Shown: positions 41,874 through 49,389 of the stretch, piece by piece
Layout of the letters: every line of letters starts with the position of its first letter
How positions within the stretch are numbered: the stretch's first letter is position 1
Notes under the pieces: generated by a model
The model's database searches: none
Told to the model about the DNA's origin: nothing
The model's input: only the letters and a program-made list of their open reading frames with translations
DNA from: a virus
Length of the DNA stretch: 58,911 nt
IMG/VR virus record: IMGVR_UViG_3300026316_000001
Coordinates: 1 to 58,911 of that record
Strand: one strand, 5' to 3'
Program-made: the position numbers and the translations under genes

Positions 41874-43364
41874 CTAACCCGGGTAGCCGGGCAGCCGCGC
41901 GCCGAGTGGACCCAGCGAGGTGCGCCCGGGTAGCGGTGCCCTGGCCGGGCTCGCCGTGGTGGCGAACATCTTGACCCGCGAGGTCAGCCACAGCAGGGCG
42001 TACACAAGCGCGTCGATACGGTCCGGGCTCTTGGAGGTCTCCTCCGGCACCCAGTTGACCATCTGGGTCTCCAGGTTGCCGAGGTTCTGGCCGCGCACGT
42101 GGGAGACGTAGCCCTGCTCGTAGCGTGCGGCGACCGGTTCGGCGCGCAGCCGCTTGCCGATCTTGGCGGTGACCATCTTGACCGGCGGGTTGCCTCCAGG
42201 TGGAAACAGCCCCTCATCCTGCATCTCGCGGTAGGCCCGGACCAGCACCTCGCGCAACCAGCGCTTGCCCTGGTTGTCCTCGACGATCAGGACGCTCGCG
42301 CCGTACTCGATCACCATCGTCCAGGCCCGGCGTGCGGCGGCGTGCCCGACGATGCGCTTGCTCCAGTCGCCGAGCACGTAGTCCCGGCCGTCCACGCCCT
42401 TGCCGGCGGCGATCAGTCCGCACTCGTCGGAGGTCGGGTCGTCGGCGCCGGGTGGGTCCATGCCCACGACCACGTTGGTCAGCTCGGGCGGGCGGGCCGC
42501 CCGGTACGGCTCGATCATGCCGAGGCCCCAGAGGGCGCCCTCGGCCTCCATGATCAGCTCGCCGCCCAGCTCCTGGCGCCCCAGCCGGGTACCGGCGTAG
42601 CGCTTGTGCAGCTCGGCCAGCGCGGGTGCGGCCAGGTTGCCGGCGTTCTCGTACGTGGAGCCTCGGGTCAGCCAGACCGACCCGTCCGCACGGCCCTGCC
42701 ACTCCACGAGCTGCACGACCAGCTTGGGCGTGGTGGTGACCAGAGCGCGCGGGAAGTCGCCGGGGATGTCCGCACGCAGGCCCGGCATGATGCCCTCGGT
42801 CCACGACCCGTCAGGCTTCTTCCACTTGGCGAACTCATCCAGCCAGGCCGAGGCCGCGTTGTACCCGCGCCCCACGTCCTCGTCGTCGGCGCCCTCGATG
42901 TAGATCACCTGATGGTGATCGAAGATCTCGATGAACGGCTTGGGGCTCTTGATCAGGTGCCAGGCACCGCCGTCCCGGCCGTCCGTGTACCTGGACTCAG
43001 ACCCCAGCCGCCGCTCCAGCACCCGGCGCACGCCGGCCGGGCCGCCGATGCACTGGCGCATGGCGTCGGTCAACGTCTCGGCGATCAGCAGGTGCTCGGT
43101 AGGCCGGCCGGTCAGGTCCAGCGGGTACCGGATCGCCCGGTCCACGATCCACTCGGCGCCGGTCTGGGTCTTGCCCCAGCCCCGGCCGGTCTGGATGAGC
43201 CAGACGAACCACTTGCCGGCCGGCGTCTGTTGCTCGGGTCGGCCGATCCACCACCACTCGCGGCGGGCCATCTGCTCCAGCACGTGCACCGGCTGCTCGG
43301 CCAGCCAGCGCGCCTGCACCTCGGGGGAGAGCCGGGCCAGCTCCTCCATCGGTGATCGCGCCAT
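41874..43364 (-). CDS. terL: Terminase large subunit (496 aa)
   Basis: Walker A-like QTGRGWGKTQTG; ATPase and nuclease-sized; followed by the portal. Confidence 0.85.
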   Translation of the reverse strand: MARSPMEELARLSPEVQARWLAEQPVHVLEQMARREWWWIGRPEQQTPAGKWFVWLIQTGRGWGKTQTGAEWIVDRAIRYPLDLTGRPTEHLLIAETLTDAMRQCIGGPAGVRRVLERRLGSESRYTDGRDGGAWHLIKSPKPFIEIFDHHQVIYIEGADDEDVGRGYNAASAWLDEFAKWKKPDGSWTEGIMPGLRADIPGDFPRALVTTTPKLVVQLVEWQGRADGSVWLTRGSTYENAGNLAAPALAELHKRYAGTRLGRQELGGELIMEAEGALWGLGMIEPYRAARPPELTNVVVGMDPPGADDPTSDECGLIAAGKGVDGRDYVLGDWSKRIVGHAAARRAWTMVIEYGASVLIVEDNQGKRWLREVLVRAYREMQDEGLFPPGGNPPVKMVTAKIGKRLRAEPVAARYEQGYVSHVRGQNLGNLETQMVNWVPEETSKSPDRIDALVYALLWLTSRVKMFATTASPARAPLPGRTSLGPLGARLPGYPG

Positions 43365-43394
43365 GCCGCGAGGGTACCGGTCAAGATTGACCGG

Positions 43395-43559
43395 TCAGGG
43401 AGGAACGGGCGGGCCGGCGAAGCTGGCAGACGGCTCCGGGCCGGCCGGCGGTTCGGAGCAGCAGGGCACGAAGAACGAGAGCAGGAACATCACCACGACG
43501 GGCGCGACGACGCCGACCACCACGCCAGCCAGTACGGCTTCCGGCCATCTGCGCCTCAC
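43395..43559 (-). CDS. Tiny single-TM protein (54 aa)
   Basis: GTGA overlap; VRRRWPEAVLAGVVVGVVAPVVVMFLLSFFVPCCSEPP. Confidence 0.45.
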   Translation of the reverse strand: MRRRWPEAVLAGVVVGVVAPVVVMFLLSFFVPCCSEPPAGPEPSASFAGPPVPP

Positions 43560-43744
43560 GTGCGGCGGCGGCCAAGCAGGAGCGATGCCCCGACCCAGGC
43601 GACGAGGAGACCCACCAGCGCGAGGCCGGCGGTCCCGTCCGGCGTCATCCGCACGTCCCACGGGGAGCCGGCGACGACGAGCGCCGCCATGAGCGCGACG
43701 ACCAGCACCATGGCCAGTCCGATCATTCGAACACCTGTACGCAT
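43556..43744 (-). CDS. Tiny 2-TM protein (62 aa)
   Basis: ATG after GGGGAGTAGTGAC; MRTGVRMIGLAMVLVVALMAALVVAG...GLALVGLLVAWVGASLLL. Confidence 0.5.
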   Translation of the reverse strand: MRTGVRMIGLAMVLVVALMAALVVAGSPWDVRMTPDGTAGLALVGLLVAWVGASLLLGRRRT

Positions 43745-43840
43745 GTCACTACTCCCCGTCATGTCCGATTCCGGGGACAGTGTGAGGGCCACGCCCGACA
43801 GTTGTCAAGCGTGGCCCTACACGTTAGAACGGGCGTTCGA

Positions 43841-44308
43841 TCAGACCGGGTTCACCCAGCAGTGCGCGATCCCGGCGCCAGACTGGTACTCCTCGTCCAC
43901 CGGCAGGTTGTCGATGGCCATCTTGCAGCCGGTGCTCACGGCATGGACGTCGGCCTGGTTCACCTGCATGGCGTACGGCACGCTCGGATCGTAGGTGAAC
44001 TCGATGTACCAGCGCGGCGTGCCGTGCTTGGCTCCCTTCGGCCCGCGCTCCAGGTCGGTCTGGGTGACCACGGTCGGGATGTTGCCCCGCCAGTAGATGA
44101 TCTGGAACGGCGTGCTGGGCAACGTCCAGGTGGACTCGAAGCTGATGACGTGGCGCGTGTGGTACCCGGTCTGGAGTGCCGGCGGCTTGTGTGGGCGGGC
44201 CGGCTCGGAGCCGGAGCCGAACTCGCCGAGCACGTCGGGACGCATTACCGCGAGCGCCACGCCGGCCAGGCCGAGCAGCACAACGGGCCACCTGAGCAGG
44301 GTCTTCAC
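43841..44308 (-). CDS. Membrane-anchored exported protein (155 aa)
   Basis: GTGA overlap; VKTLLRWPVVLLGLAGVALAV signal anchor, then a beta-rich domain. Confidence 0.55.
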   Translation of the reverse strand: MKTLLRWPVVLLGLAGVALAVMRPDVLGEFGSGSEPARPHKPPALQTGYHTRHVISFESTWTLPSTPFQIIYWRGNIPTVVTQTDLERGPKGAKHGTPRWYIEFTYDPSVPYAMQVNQADVHAVSTGCKMAIDNLPVDEEYQSGAGIAHCWVNPV

Positions 44309-44487
44309 TTCTTCTCGCTCCCCCCTCCGCTCAGCGCGGACCACAGCAGGACGGCGCCGCCCGCGATCGAGATCAGGCCGAAGATCACGTCGTTCCCCGC
44401 GTTGCCGCCGGGACGACTCGCAGTGAAGATCGAACCGATACCTAGGGCTATCAGCAGGACGCCGATGCCCGCGAAGGTTCCCTTCAT
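44305..44487 (-). CDS. Tiny 2-TM protein (60 aa), paralog family
   Basis: ATCCACCTGGAGGAAAGTCAC precedes the ATG; MKGTFAGIGVLLIALGIGSIFTASRPGGNAG...GGGSEKK. Confidence 0.55.
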   Translation of the reverse strand: MKGTFAGIGVLLIALGIGSIFTASRPGGNAGNDVIFGLISIAGGAVLLWSALSGGGSEKK

Positions 44488-44508
44488 GTGACTTTCCTCC
44501 AGGTGGAT

Positions 44509-44679
44509 TCAGAAGAGACCGCGCATACCGGTATACATGCCCCAGATGGCCACTACCGCACCGACTCCGGCCAGGGCCAGCGTGGCGGGGTAGTGCTCGG
44601 TATCCGCGAACAGCAGGACGGCCGACACCGCCGCCAGCACCGCGAGCAGTAGACGCAAGATCGCGGCGACCGTCCTCAC
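44509..44679 (-). CDS. Tiny 2-TM protein (56 aa; translated by hand)
   Basis: GTGA overlap; VRTVAAILRLLLAVLAAVSAVLLFADTEHYPATLALAGVGAVVAIWGMYTGMRGLF. Confidence 0.45.
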   Translation of the reverse strand: MRTVAAILRLLLAVLAAVSAVLLFADTEHYPATLALAGVGAVVAIWGMYTGMRGLF

Positions 44680-44828
44680 TTCTTGCGGCCCCCCATGTTG
44701 CCGCTCAGCGCCACCAGCCCGAGCACGGCGCTCGGCACGGCGAAGATCAAAGCGCCGCCGATCGGCCGGCTGAACGCGATGAGCAGGACGGCGAGCAGGA
44801 GCAGGCCCAGGCCGAGCAGGAACCTCAT
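44676..44828 (-). CDS. Tiny 2-TM protein (50 aa; translated by hand), paralog family
   Basis: ATCCACCTGGAGGAAACC precedes the ATG; MRFLLGLGLLLLAVLLIAFSRPIGGALIFAVPSAVLGLVALSGNMGGRKK. Confidence 0.5.
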   Translation of the reverse strand: MRFLLGLGLLLLAVLLIAFSRPIGGALIFAVPSAVLGLVALSGNMGGRKK

Positions 44829-44962
44829 GGTTTCCTCCAGGTGGATTGAATGGCCCGGACGATCACGGTGATCGCCCAGGTGATCAGGAACGCGGCATTC
44901 CAGATAGCCTGCCGGCGGTGCGCCGCGCGATGCCTCCGCTGGCAGGTGTGGCAGTAGCTCAC
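44825..44962 (-). CDS. Tiny CxxC plus TM protein (45 aa; translated by hand)
   Basis: GTGA and ATGA overlaps; VSYCHTCQRRHRAAHRRQAIWNAAFLITWAITVIVRAIQSTWRKP; high GC3. Confidence 0.4.
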   Translation of the reverse strand: MSYCHTCQRRHRAAHRRQAIWNAAFLITWAITVIVRAIQSTWRKP

Positions 44963-45117
44963 TTCCCGGGCGTGGTCAGGCCCAGGCCGACCAAGATCAG
45001 GCCGAAGATCACGAAGAAGCCGCCGAGGCTGCCGACCTGGTTGCGCCGGCCCCAGGCGACCAATGCGCCGCCGAGGATCATGAAGCCGACCCCGGATGCG
45101 ATGAGGACCGGGTTCAC
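44959..45117 (-). CDS. Tiny 2-TM protein (52 aa), paralog family
   Basis: GTGA overlap; VNPVLIASGVGFMILGGALVAWGRRNQVGSLGGFFVIFGLILVGLGLTTPGK. Confidence 0.45.
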   Translation of the reverse strand: MNPVLIASGVGFMILGGALVAWGRRNQVGSLGGFFVIFGLILVGLGLTTPGK

Positions 45118-45191
45118 GAGAAGATCACGACCAGGACCACGGTCAGGCAGATGAAGAAGACCGACAGGACCATCGCCGCCGGCCAATTCAT
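45114..45191 (-). CDS. Micro-ORF, single TM (25 aa; speculative)
   Basis: MNWPAAMVLSVFFICLTVVLVVIFS; its stop overlaps the next GTG; first ORF of the chain. Confidence 0.25.
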   Translation of the reverse strand: MNWPAAMVLSVFFICLTVVLVVIFS

Positions 45192-45270
45192 CTGTCCTGA
45201 TTGCTGTCTATCCATACGATACATGATACCCTACGCGCATCAACTACTCAACCGTCTTGGGGAGATGACT

Positions 45271-45561
45271 ATGGGTGCTCAACCCGACTGGCAAGAAACC
45301 ACCTACGGAGACCTCCGCGTCGGCGACGTGATCCTGCCATGGGACGGCGAGGTCGCCGTGACCGGCACCTGGACGATCACCCTCATCGGGCCGGTACCCC
45401 TGAAACAGTTCGTGGAGTACCAGACCGACCGGACCCCGCACTGGCGCCGGATGCACGTGGCCGAGCGGGTCCGTATACGTCGCCGGTACGACAAGAACGA
45501 GCTCGACGCCATCATCGGCGACCCGACGCTTACGATGGCGGTACCGGAAGTCGCCGGGTAG
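45271..45561 (+). CDS. Hypothetical protein (96 aa), isolated plus-strand gene
   Basis: ATG 6 nt after GGGGAG; MGAQPDWQETTYGDLRVGDVILPWDGEVAV; flanked by a divergent intergenic region and a bidirectional hairpin. Confidence 0.6.
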   Translation: MGAQPDWQETTYGDLRVGDVILPWDGEVAVTGTWTITLIGPVPLKQFVEYQTDRTPHWRRMHVAERVRIRRRYDKNELDAIIGDPTLTMAVPEVAG

Positions 45562-45582
45562 GCCGCTCTACCCCGCTGACGA

Positions 45583-45622
45583 GAGACGCCCCGGCCGGAT
45601 GGAGAACCGGTCGGGGCGTCTC
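45583..45622. terminator. Bidirectional hairpin
   Basis: gagacgccccggccgg (45583-45598) pairs with ccggtcggggcgtctc (45607-45622) between convergent genes. Confidence 0.55.
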
Positions 45623-45627
45623 GCTGC

Positions 45628-45795
45628 TCAGTTCAAGCTCTTTCCGACGTAGGTCGCGCCGATGATGGCGGCGACGACCAGCGCGACGACCACGGCCTCC
45701 TTCAGCTTCATCCCGATCACCAGGCTGACGACCCAGGTGATCAGGAAGGCGATCACCACCAGGAACGGCAGGATCTCCCATTGCTGCGCGGTCAC
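45628..45795 (-). CDS. Tiny 2-TM protein (55 aa)
   Basis: GTGA overlap; VTAQQWEILPFLVVIAFLITWVVSLVIGMKLKEAVVVALVVAAIIGATYVG. Confidence 0.5.
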   Translation of the reverse strand: MTAQQWEILPFLVVIAFLITWVVSLVIGMKLKEAVVVALVVAAIIGATYVGKSLN

Positions 45796-46169
45796 AGCTC
45801 GACGCCTTCCCGATCCAGGTATCCGATGGGCACCTGGAAACCGAGGTTGATCAGGAGCTGGCGCCCGATGCGAGCTGCACGATCGGCCTGGAAGACTCCC
45901 GTGCCATCCAACTTCTCCCAGCATGTGGATGCCTCGCCGATCGCCATGAACACGAACTCGGCAGCCCGCTGCTCGCCGGGCCGGTCGTGTGGCTTCATCG
46001 GCAGCTTGTGGACCTGGATCATCCAGCCGGCCGCCTTCTCGCGCCAGTCCTTCGCCTGCTCGTTCCACTGGCCGCCACTCACCTCGGCGACCAGATCGAC
46101 AGCTCGACTCAGCAGGTCGTTCACGACCGGGTCACGGTGGTACGGGGCCGCCGGCTGGTCGTCGCTCAC
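45792..46169 (-). CDS. Hypothetical protein (125 aa)
   Basis: GTGA overlap; VSDDQPAAPYHRDPVVNDLLSRAVDLVAEVSGGQWNEQAKDW. Confidence 0.55.
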   Translation of the reverse strand: MSDDQPAAPYHRDPVVNDLLSRAVDLVAEVSGGQWNEQAKDWREKAAGWMIQVHKLPMKPHDRPGEQRAAEFVFMAIGEASTCWEKLDGTGVFQADRAARIGRQLLINLGFQVPIGYLDREGVEL

Positions 46170-46435
46170 GTGGTGCCGCCGGGCGGTGCCGGCGGGTTCC
46201 ACTCGGGGTCGTCCCCGTAGCAGGCCACGGCACTGTTGGCCGCCCACATCGCGGTACGCAGGTGACCGATGGCCTCGGTCTTGCGCGGGGACTCGGGGAG
46301 CAGGTCGTTGAGATGGTGCGCGACCGCGCGCACCATCTCGCGCACCTCCTCGTGCACCGGTCGGGCCTTGTCGCTCGGCGAGTGGTACTGGAACTCCCGG
46401 TCGATCGCCTCGGGGGTCGTCCAGCGCTTCTGCAT
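46166..46435 (-). CDS. Hypothetical helical protein (89 aa)
   Basis: ATCCAACTGGAGGAAAC precedes the ATG; MQKRWTTPEAIDREFQYHSPSDKARPVHEEVREMV...AIGHLRTAMWAANSAVA. Confidence 0.6.
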   Translation of the reverse strand: MQKRWTTPEAIDREFQYHSPSDKARPVHEEVREMVRAVAHHLNDLLPESPRKTEAIGHLRTAMWAANSAVACYGDDPEWNPPAPPGGTT

Positions 46436-46452
46436 GTTTCCTCCAGTTGGAT

Positions 46453-46644
46453 TCAGGGTGCGCCTTGCGCGGAGTAGTAGACGGCGGCGACTCCGATCGC
46501 GCCGACGAGGATCGCCGTCACGAGGAAGGTCAAGAACCACCGCGAGGGACGGACGCCCACCAGGGAGGCGATGAACGCGAAGCACGCGCCCGTCCCCAGG
46601 GCGGTGATGATGACGTTCATCCAGGTGCCCAGCGTGGGCCTCAC
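46453..46644 (-). CDS. Tiny 2-TM protein (63 aa)
   Basis: GTGA overlap; MNVIITALGTGACFAFIASLVGVRPSRWFLTFLVTAILVGAIGVAAVYY. Confidence 0.5.
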   Translation of the reverse strand: MRPTLGTWMNVIITALGTGACFAFIASLVGVRPSRWFLTFLVTAILVGAIGVAAVYYSAQGAP

Positions 46645-46832
46645 CAGTCCCACCCGCTGGCCGGCACGGTCATCAGGAACCAGACCAGCAGGCCGGCGAA
46701 CAGACCGCTGGTCACGACCACACTGCCGTACCTGACCTCGGCGCCGTGCTTGCGCATGTTGGAGCCGATCATGGCACCGAGGCCCATAACGCCCAGCCCG
46801 ACGCCGATGCCGACCTTCGTCGCCAGGGTCAT
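46641..46832 (-). CDS. Tiny membrane protein (63 aa)
   Basis: ATGA overlap; MTLATKVGIGVGLGVMGLGAMIGSN...SGLFAGLLVWFLMTV. Confidence 0.5.
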   Translation of the reverse strand: MTLATKVGIGVGLGVMGLGAMIGSNMRKHGAEVRYGSVVVTSGLFAGLLVWFLMTVPASGWDW

Positions 46833-47101
46833 CGCGGCGGCCCGAACGGGTGCCCGCCGCTGGACGGGATGTGCCCGAAGGTCAGGACGCCCGCGACAAG
46901 CAGGCCGAAGATCACCAGGATGGCGAAGATCACCGGGTGACCCGTGATCATCTTCCAGAAAACGCGGACGAAGACCACCACCAGGAACAGCGCGATCAGG
47001 CCGCCGATGTGCTCGGGCGTGAACCAGCCCAGCAGGCCCTTCGCATTGGTGTGCACGTCCACCGGGGGCTGGCCCGGCGCGAGGCGGTAGAGCAGCTTCA
47101 T
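46829..47101 (-). CDS. Membrane protein (90 aa)
   Basis: ATGA overlap; GGLIALFLVVVFVRVFWKMITGHPVIFAILVIFGLLVAGVLTF. Confidence 0.55.
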   Translation of the reverse strand: MKLLYRLAPGQPPVDVHTNAKGLLGWFTPEHIGGLIALFLVVVFVRVFWKMITGHPVIFAILVIFGLLVAGVLTFGHIPSSGGHPFGPPR

Positions 47102-47409
47102 GCCGCCACACCACCCCGGGAGTACGCCGCGCGGGTCCGCAGGTCGCCCACGTGCCCGGCCTTGTGGCTGATGCGCCGCCGCCGTGCCGGGGTGAGGCGC
47201 ACGATCCCGCCGTCCTGCTGGGCGTAGTTGTTCAGCCGGCGACCGGCGTCCAGCGGCTGGACCTTGTGACCGCGCTCGCCGGCCAGCCGCGCCTTGCGCC
47301 CGTCCGGGTCACCGAAGATCGCGCGCAGCGGGTCGCGCATCCTCGCCAGGGCGCCCATGGACGCCTGCTTGCCGCCGCGTCGCACACTGAGGCGCTGGAA
47401 AAGTCTCAC
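47098..47409 (-). CDS. Basic hypothetical protein (103 aa)
   Basis: GTG 4 nt after CACACCTGGAGGAAAC; VRLFQRLSVRRGGKQASMGALARMRDPL. Confidence 0.55.
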   Translation of the reverse strand: MRLFQRLSVRRGGKQASMGALARMRDPLRAIFGDPDGRKARLAGERGHKVQPLDAGRRLNNYAQQDGGIVRLTPARRRRISHKAGHVGDLRTRAAYSRGGVAA

Positions 47410-47494
47410 GTTTCCTCCAGGTGTGGGGGCCTTACATGATAGGTCAAGCCTATCAGCACGGTACGACAGTTTACAGCCCGCGTTCAGATGGCGC

Positions 47495-48010
47495 TCAGTG
47501 GTCGTGTAGCTCACCCGTGAAGCTGGTCCGCTGGTCCTCGACGGTGCCCACCTCGCGGATCATGTACGGGTCGTTGCCTGGCCCGTGTGATGGGGAGTAC
47601 GGGCGTTCTACCTGGTCATACCGGTTGCCGTCCTGACCGAGGTAGTCGGCCATGTGGAGGAGTTCGAAAAACTCCATGGCCTCGTGGCGTTCGACCAACA
47701 GGATCTGCTCGAACAGCCAGCGCGTCCACGAACGCTCGTCGCAGGCGGCCGGCGGTACCGGCATGTAGTGGTTCACGTTGATCACCTCGTGCCGATTGCG
47801 GCTGTCGGCCACGCGCGCGGTAATGATCAACGTCAGCCCCAGGCTGCCCTGCCCTCGGTCGATCGCGGCCAACCGGAAGAACCAGTTGTCCCGGTACCGG
47901 ACCTTGTTGAGCAGGTTGGCCAGCACCTCGGGATACGGCGCCTCCTGGTGCATCTTGCCGTCGTCCGGCCAGTGGCGGCCGTCCTCGGCAGCCTGGCGCT
48001 TCGCCTTCAT
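47495..48010 (-). CDS. Conserved hypothetical protein (171 aa)
   Basis: ATG after GAGGAGGATTC; long high-GC3 ORF. Confidence 0.65.
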   Translation of the reverse strand: MKAKRQAAEDGRHWPDDGKMHQEAPYPEVLANLLNKVRYRDNWFFRLAAIDRGQGSLGLTLIITARVADSRNRHEVINVNHYMPVPPAACDERSWTRWLFEQILLVERHEAMEFFELLHMADYLGQDGNRYDQVERPYSPSHGPGNDPYMIREVGTVEDQRTSFTGELHDH

Positions 48011-48019
48011 GAATCCTCC

Positions 48020-48343
48020 TCAGAAGTCGTGTGAGCAGTGCGGGCACGAGTAGATCTTGCCAGCTCGCACGGTGAGCAGGTGCCAGAGGAAGCGCCACCA
48101 CGACGGGCGCCAGGCGTCACCCACGAACAGCCACAGGTCTCCGCGCGTCATCCGCCACATCGTGGCCCGGTGCGCCCGGCGCAGCTCGCCGGCCGTACGG
48201 TACAGGTGGAAGCACTCGCCGCACCCGAGGTACCCGGGGCCGGGCTCGTCCACGTTGTGCACGTAGCAGTGGATCTCGTGACAGACGGCGGAGGGCTCGT
48301 GCTGGCCATGGCGCACGAGCACGGTGTCAACGGGCCGGCTCAC
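48020..48343 (-). CDS. Cys/His-rich hypothetical protein (107 aa)
   Basis: GTGA overlap; CHEIHCYVHN...GCGECFHLY...YSCPHCSHDF. Confidence 0.5.
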   Translation of the reverse strand: MSRPVDTVLVRHGQHEPSAVCHEIHCYVHNVDEPGPGYLGCGECFHLYRTAGELRRAHRATMWRMTRGDLWLFVGDAWRPSWWRFLWHLLTVRAGKIYSCPHCSHDF

Positions 48344-48942
48344 AGCCTGTCCCCCGCATCCAGCCAGGCCCTCTCGTCCGGCTCGGCGCCGATCAGCGTC
48401 CACGGTTGGCCACAGCCAGGACAGCTCCACGACGCGCCTCGCGGCTGGTCGGCGATAACCGGCAGCGGGCAACTGTGCTCCCTCGTCGGCGATGGAAGGT
48501 CCAGCACCTCCACGCCGGTTATCTGTATCGGAGGCGGGCCGGCGTGATCCATGTCGGCGGCCCGGTCGTGGTCCACGGTGCGCTGCTTGAACGGCAGCAT
48601 CTGGCACCGGTACCAGACCGCGACCACGCGGCCGTGCTCGTCGGTCTCCACGTCCAGCTCGGTCGTGCCGTGCAGGGTGCCGCCCTCGCCGTAGTAGCGA
48701 GCCGGCGCGGCCAGGCTCTGCTTCGCCGCCCAGAGCTTATCCACCTCCCGGCCGAGCCACCCCGGCTCGCGGTCAGCCCCGCCCTCGCGCTCCAGCTCCC
48801 TGATCCGCCGCCGGCCTTCCGGGGTCATCGGCTGCCCGCTACGCGCCCGGCGGTACACGCAGTCGTTGCACGTCCAGCGCAGCAGCAGGTACGCCCACCA
48901 GGACAGGGGGTCCTCGCAGTACTGGCACAGCCGGCGCTTCAT
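48340..48942 (-). CDS. Hypothetical protein with N- and C-terminal zinc-ribbon-like motifs (200 aa)
   Basis: ATGA overlap; CQYCEDP...CNDCVYRR and SCPLP...SCPGCGQPW. Confidence 0.55.
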   Translation of the reverse strand: MKRRLCQYCEDPLSWWAYLLLRWTCNDCVYRRARSGQPMTPEGRRRIRELEREGGADREPGWLGREVDKLWAAKQSLAAPARYYGEGGTLHGTTELDVETDEHGRVVAVWYRCQMLPFKQRTVDHDRAADMDHAGPPPIQITGVEVLDLPSPTREHSCPLPVIADQPRGASWSCPGCGQPWTLIGAEPDERAWLDAGDRL

Positions 48943-49328
48943 AGTCCCTCCATCTGGACGGCCAGCAGATAGTCCCAGGTGGTGAACGGGACCGCCCGGT
49001 CGTCCACGTAGGCCACGGCCGGTAGCTTCCGGTTGGTGACAAGCACCATCTCCTGGTCGTTCCAGAAGTCTGGGTGCTGGTTCCCGGCGTCCGGGTCGCC
49101 CGTGTACCAGGTGGAAACGATGCCATGATCAACCAGCCACGCAGCCACCCGCTCCGGATCCCGCGAGGTGAACACGAACACCGCATAGCGCTCCTGGAGC
49201 TTGTGCAGCCCCTCGATCGCGCCGGGCATGGGCTCGTCGTAGATCGTGCCGTCGTGCCAGCCCTTGGCGTACCGATGGATCACACCGTCGAAATCGACGG
49301 CCACCGTCTGCGTCACCTTCTCCACCAT
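48939..49328 (-). CDS. HAD-superfamily phosphatase, 5'(3')-nucleotidase-like (129 aa)
   Basis: VAVDFDGVIHRYAKGW (DxDG motif I); GACCTGGATGG precedes the ATG. Confidence 0.55.
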   Translation of the reverse strand: MVEKVTQTVAVDFDGVIHRYAKGWHDGTIYDEPMPGAIEGLHKLQERYAVFVFTSRDPERVAAWLVDHGIVSTWYTGDPDAGNQHPDFWNDQEMVLVTNRKLPAVAYVDDRAVPFTTWDYLLAVQMEGL

Positions 49329-49389
49329 CCATCCAGGTCTCTGTATGCCCAGCCCTTCCTGGGCCAGGTTGGCAAACAGCTCCACGTAT

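Noticed and set aside
43376-43397. ACCGGTCA-N6-ACCGGTCA direct repeat just upstream of terL, considered as a pac/cos or regulatory site
   Set aside because: It is only two 8-bp copies, easily arising by chance in high-GC DNA, and there is no supporting terminus information.
46166-46435. The 89-aa helical protein (FQYHSPS...HLRTAMWAANSAVA) as a cyclic-nucleotide sponge (Acb2/Tad-like)
   Set aside because: The idea rests only on its size, helical character and accessory-region location. I cannot recall a matching signature, so it is left as hypothetical.
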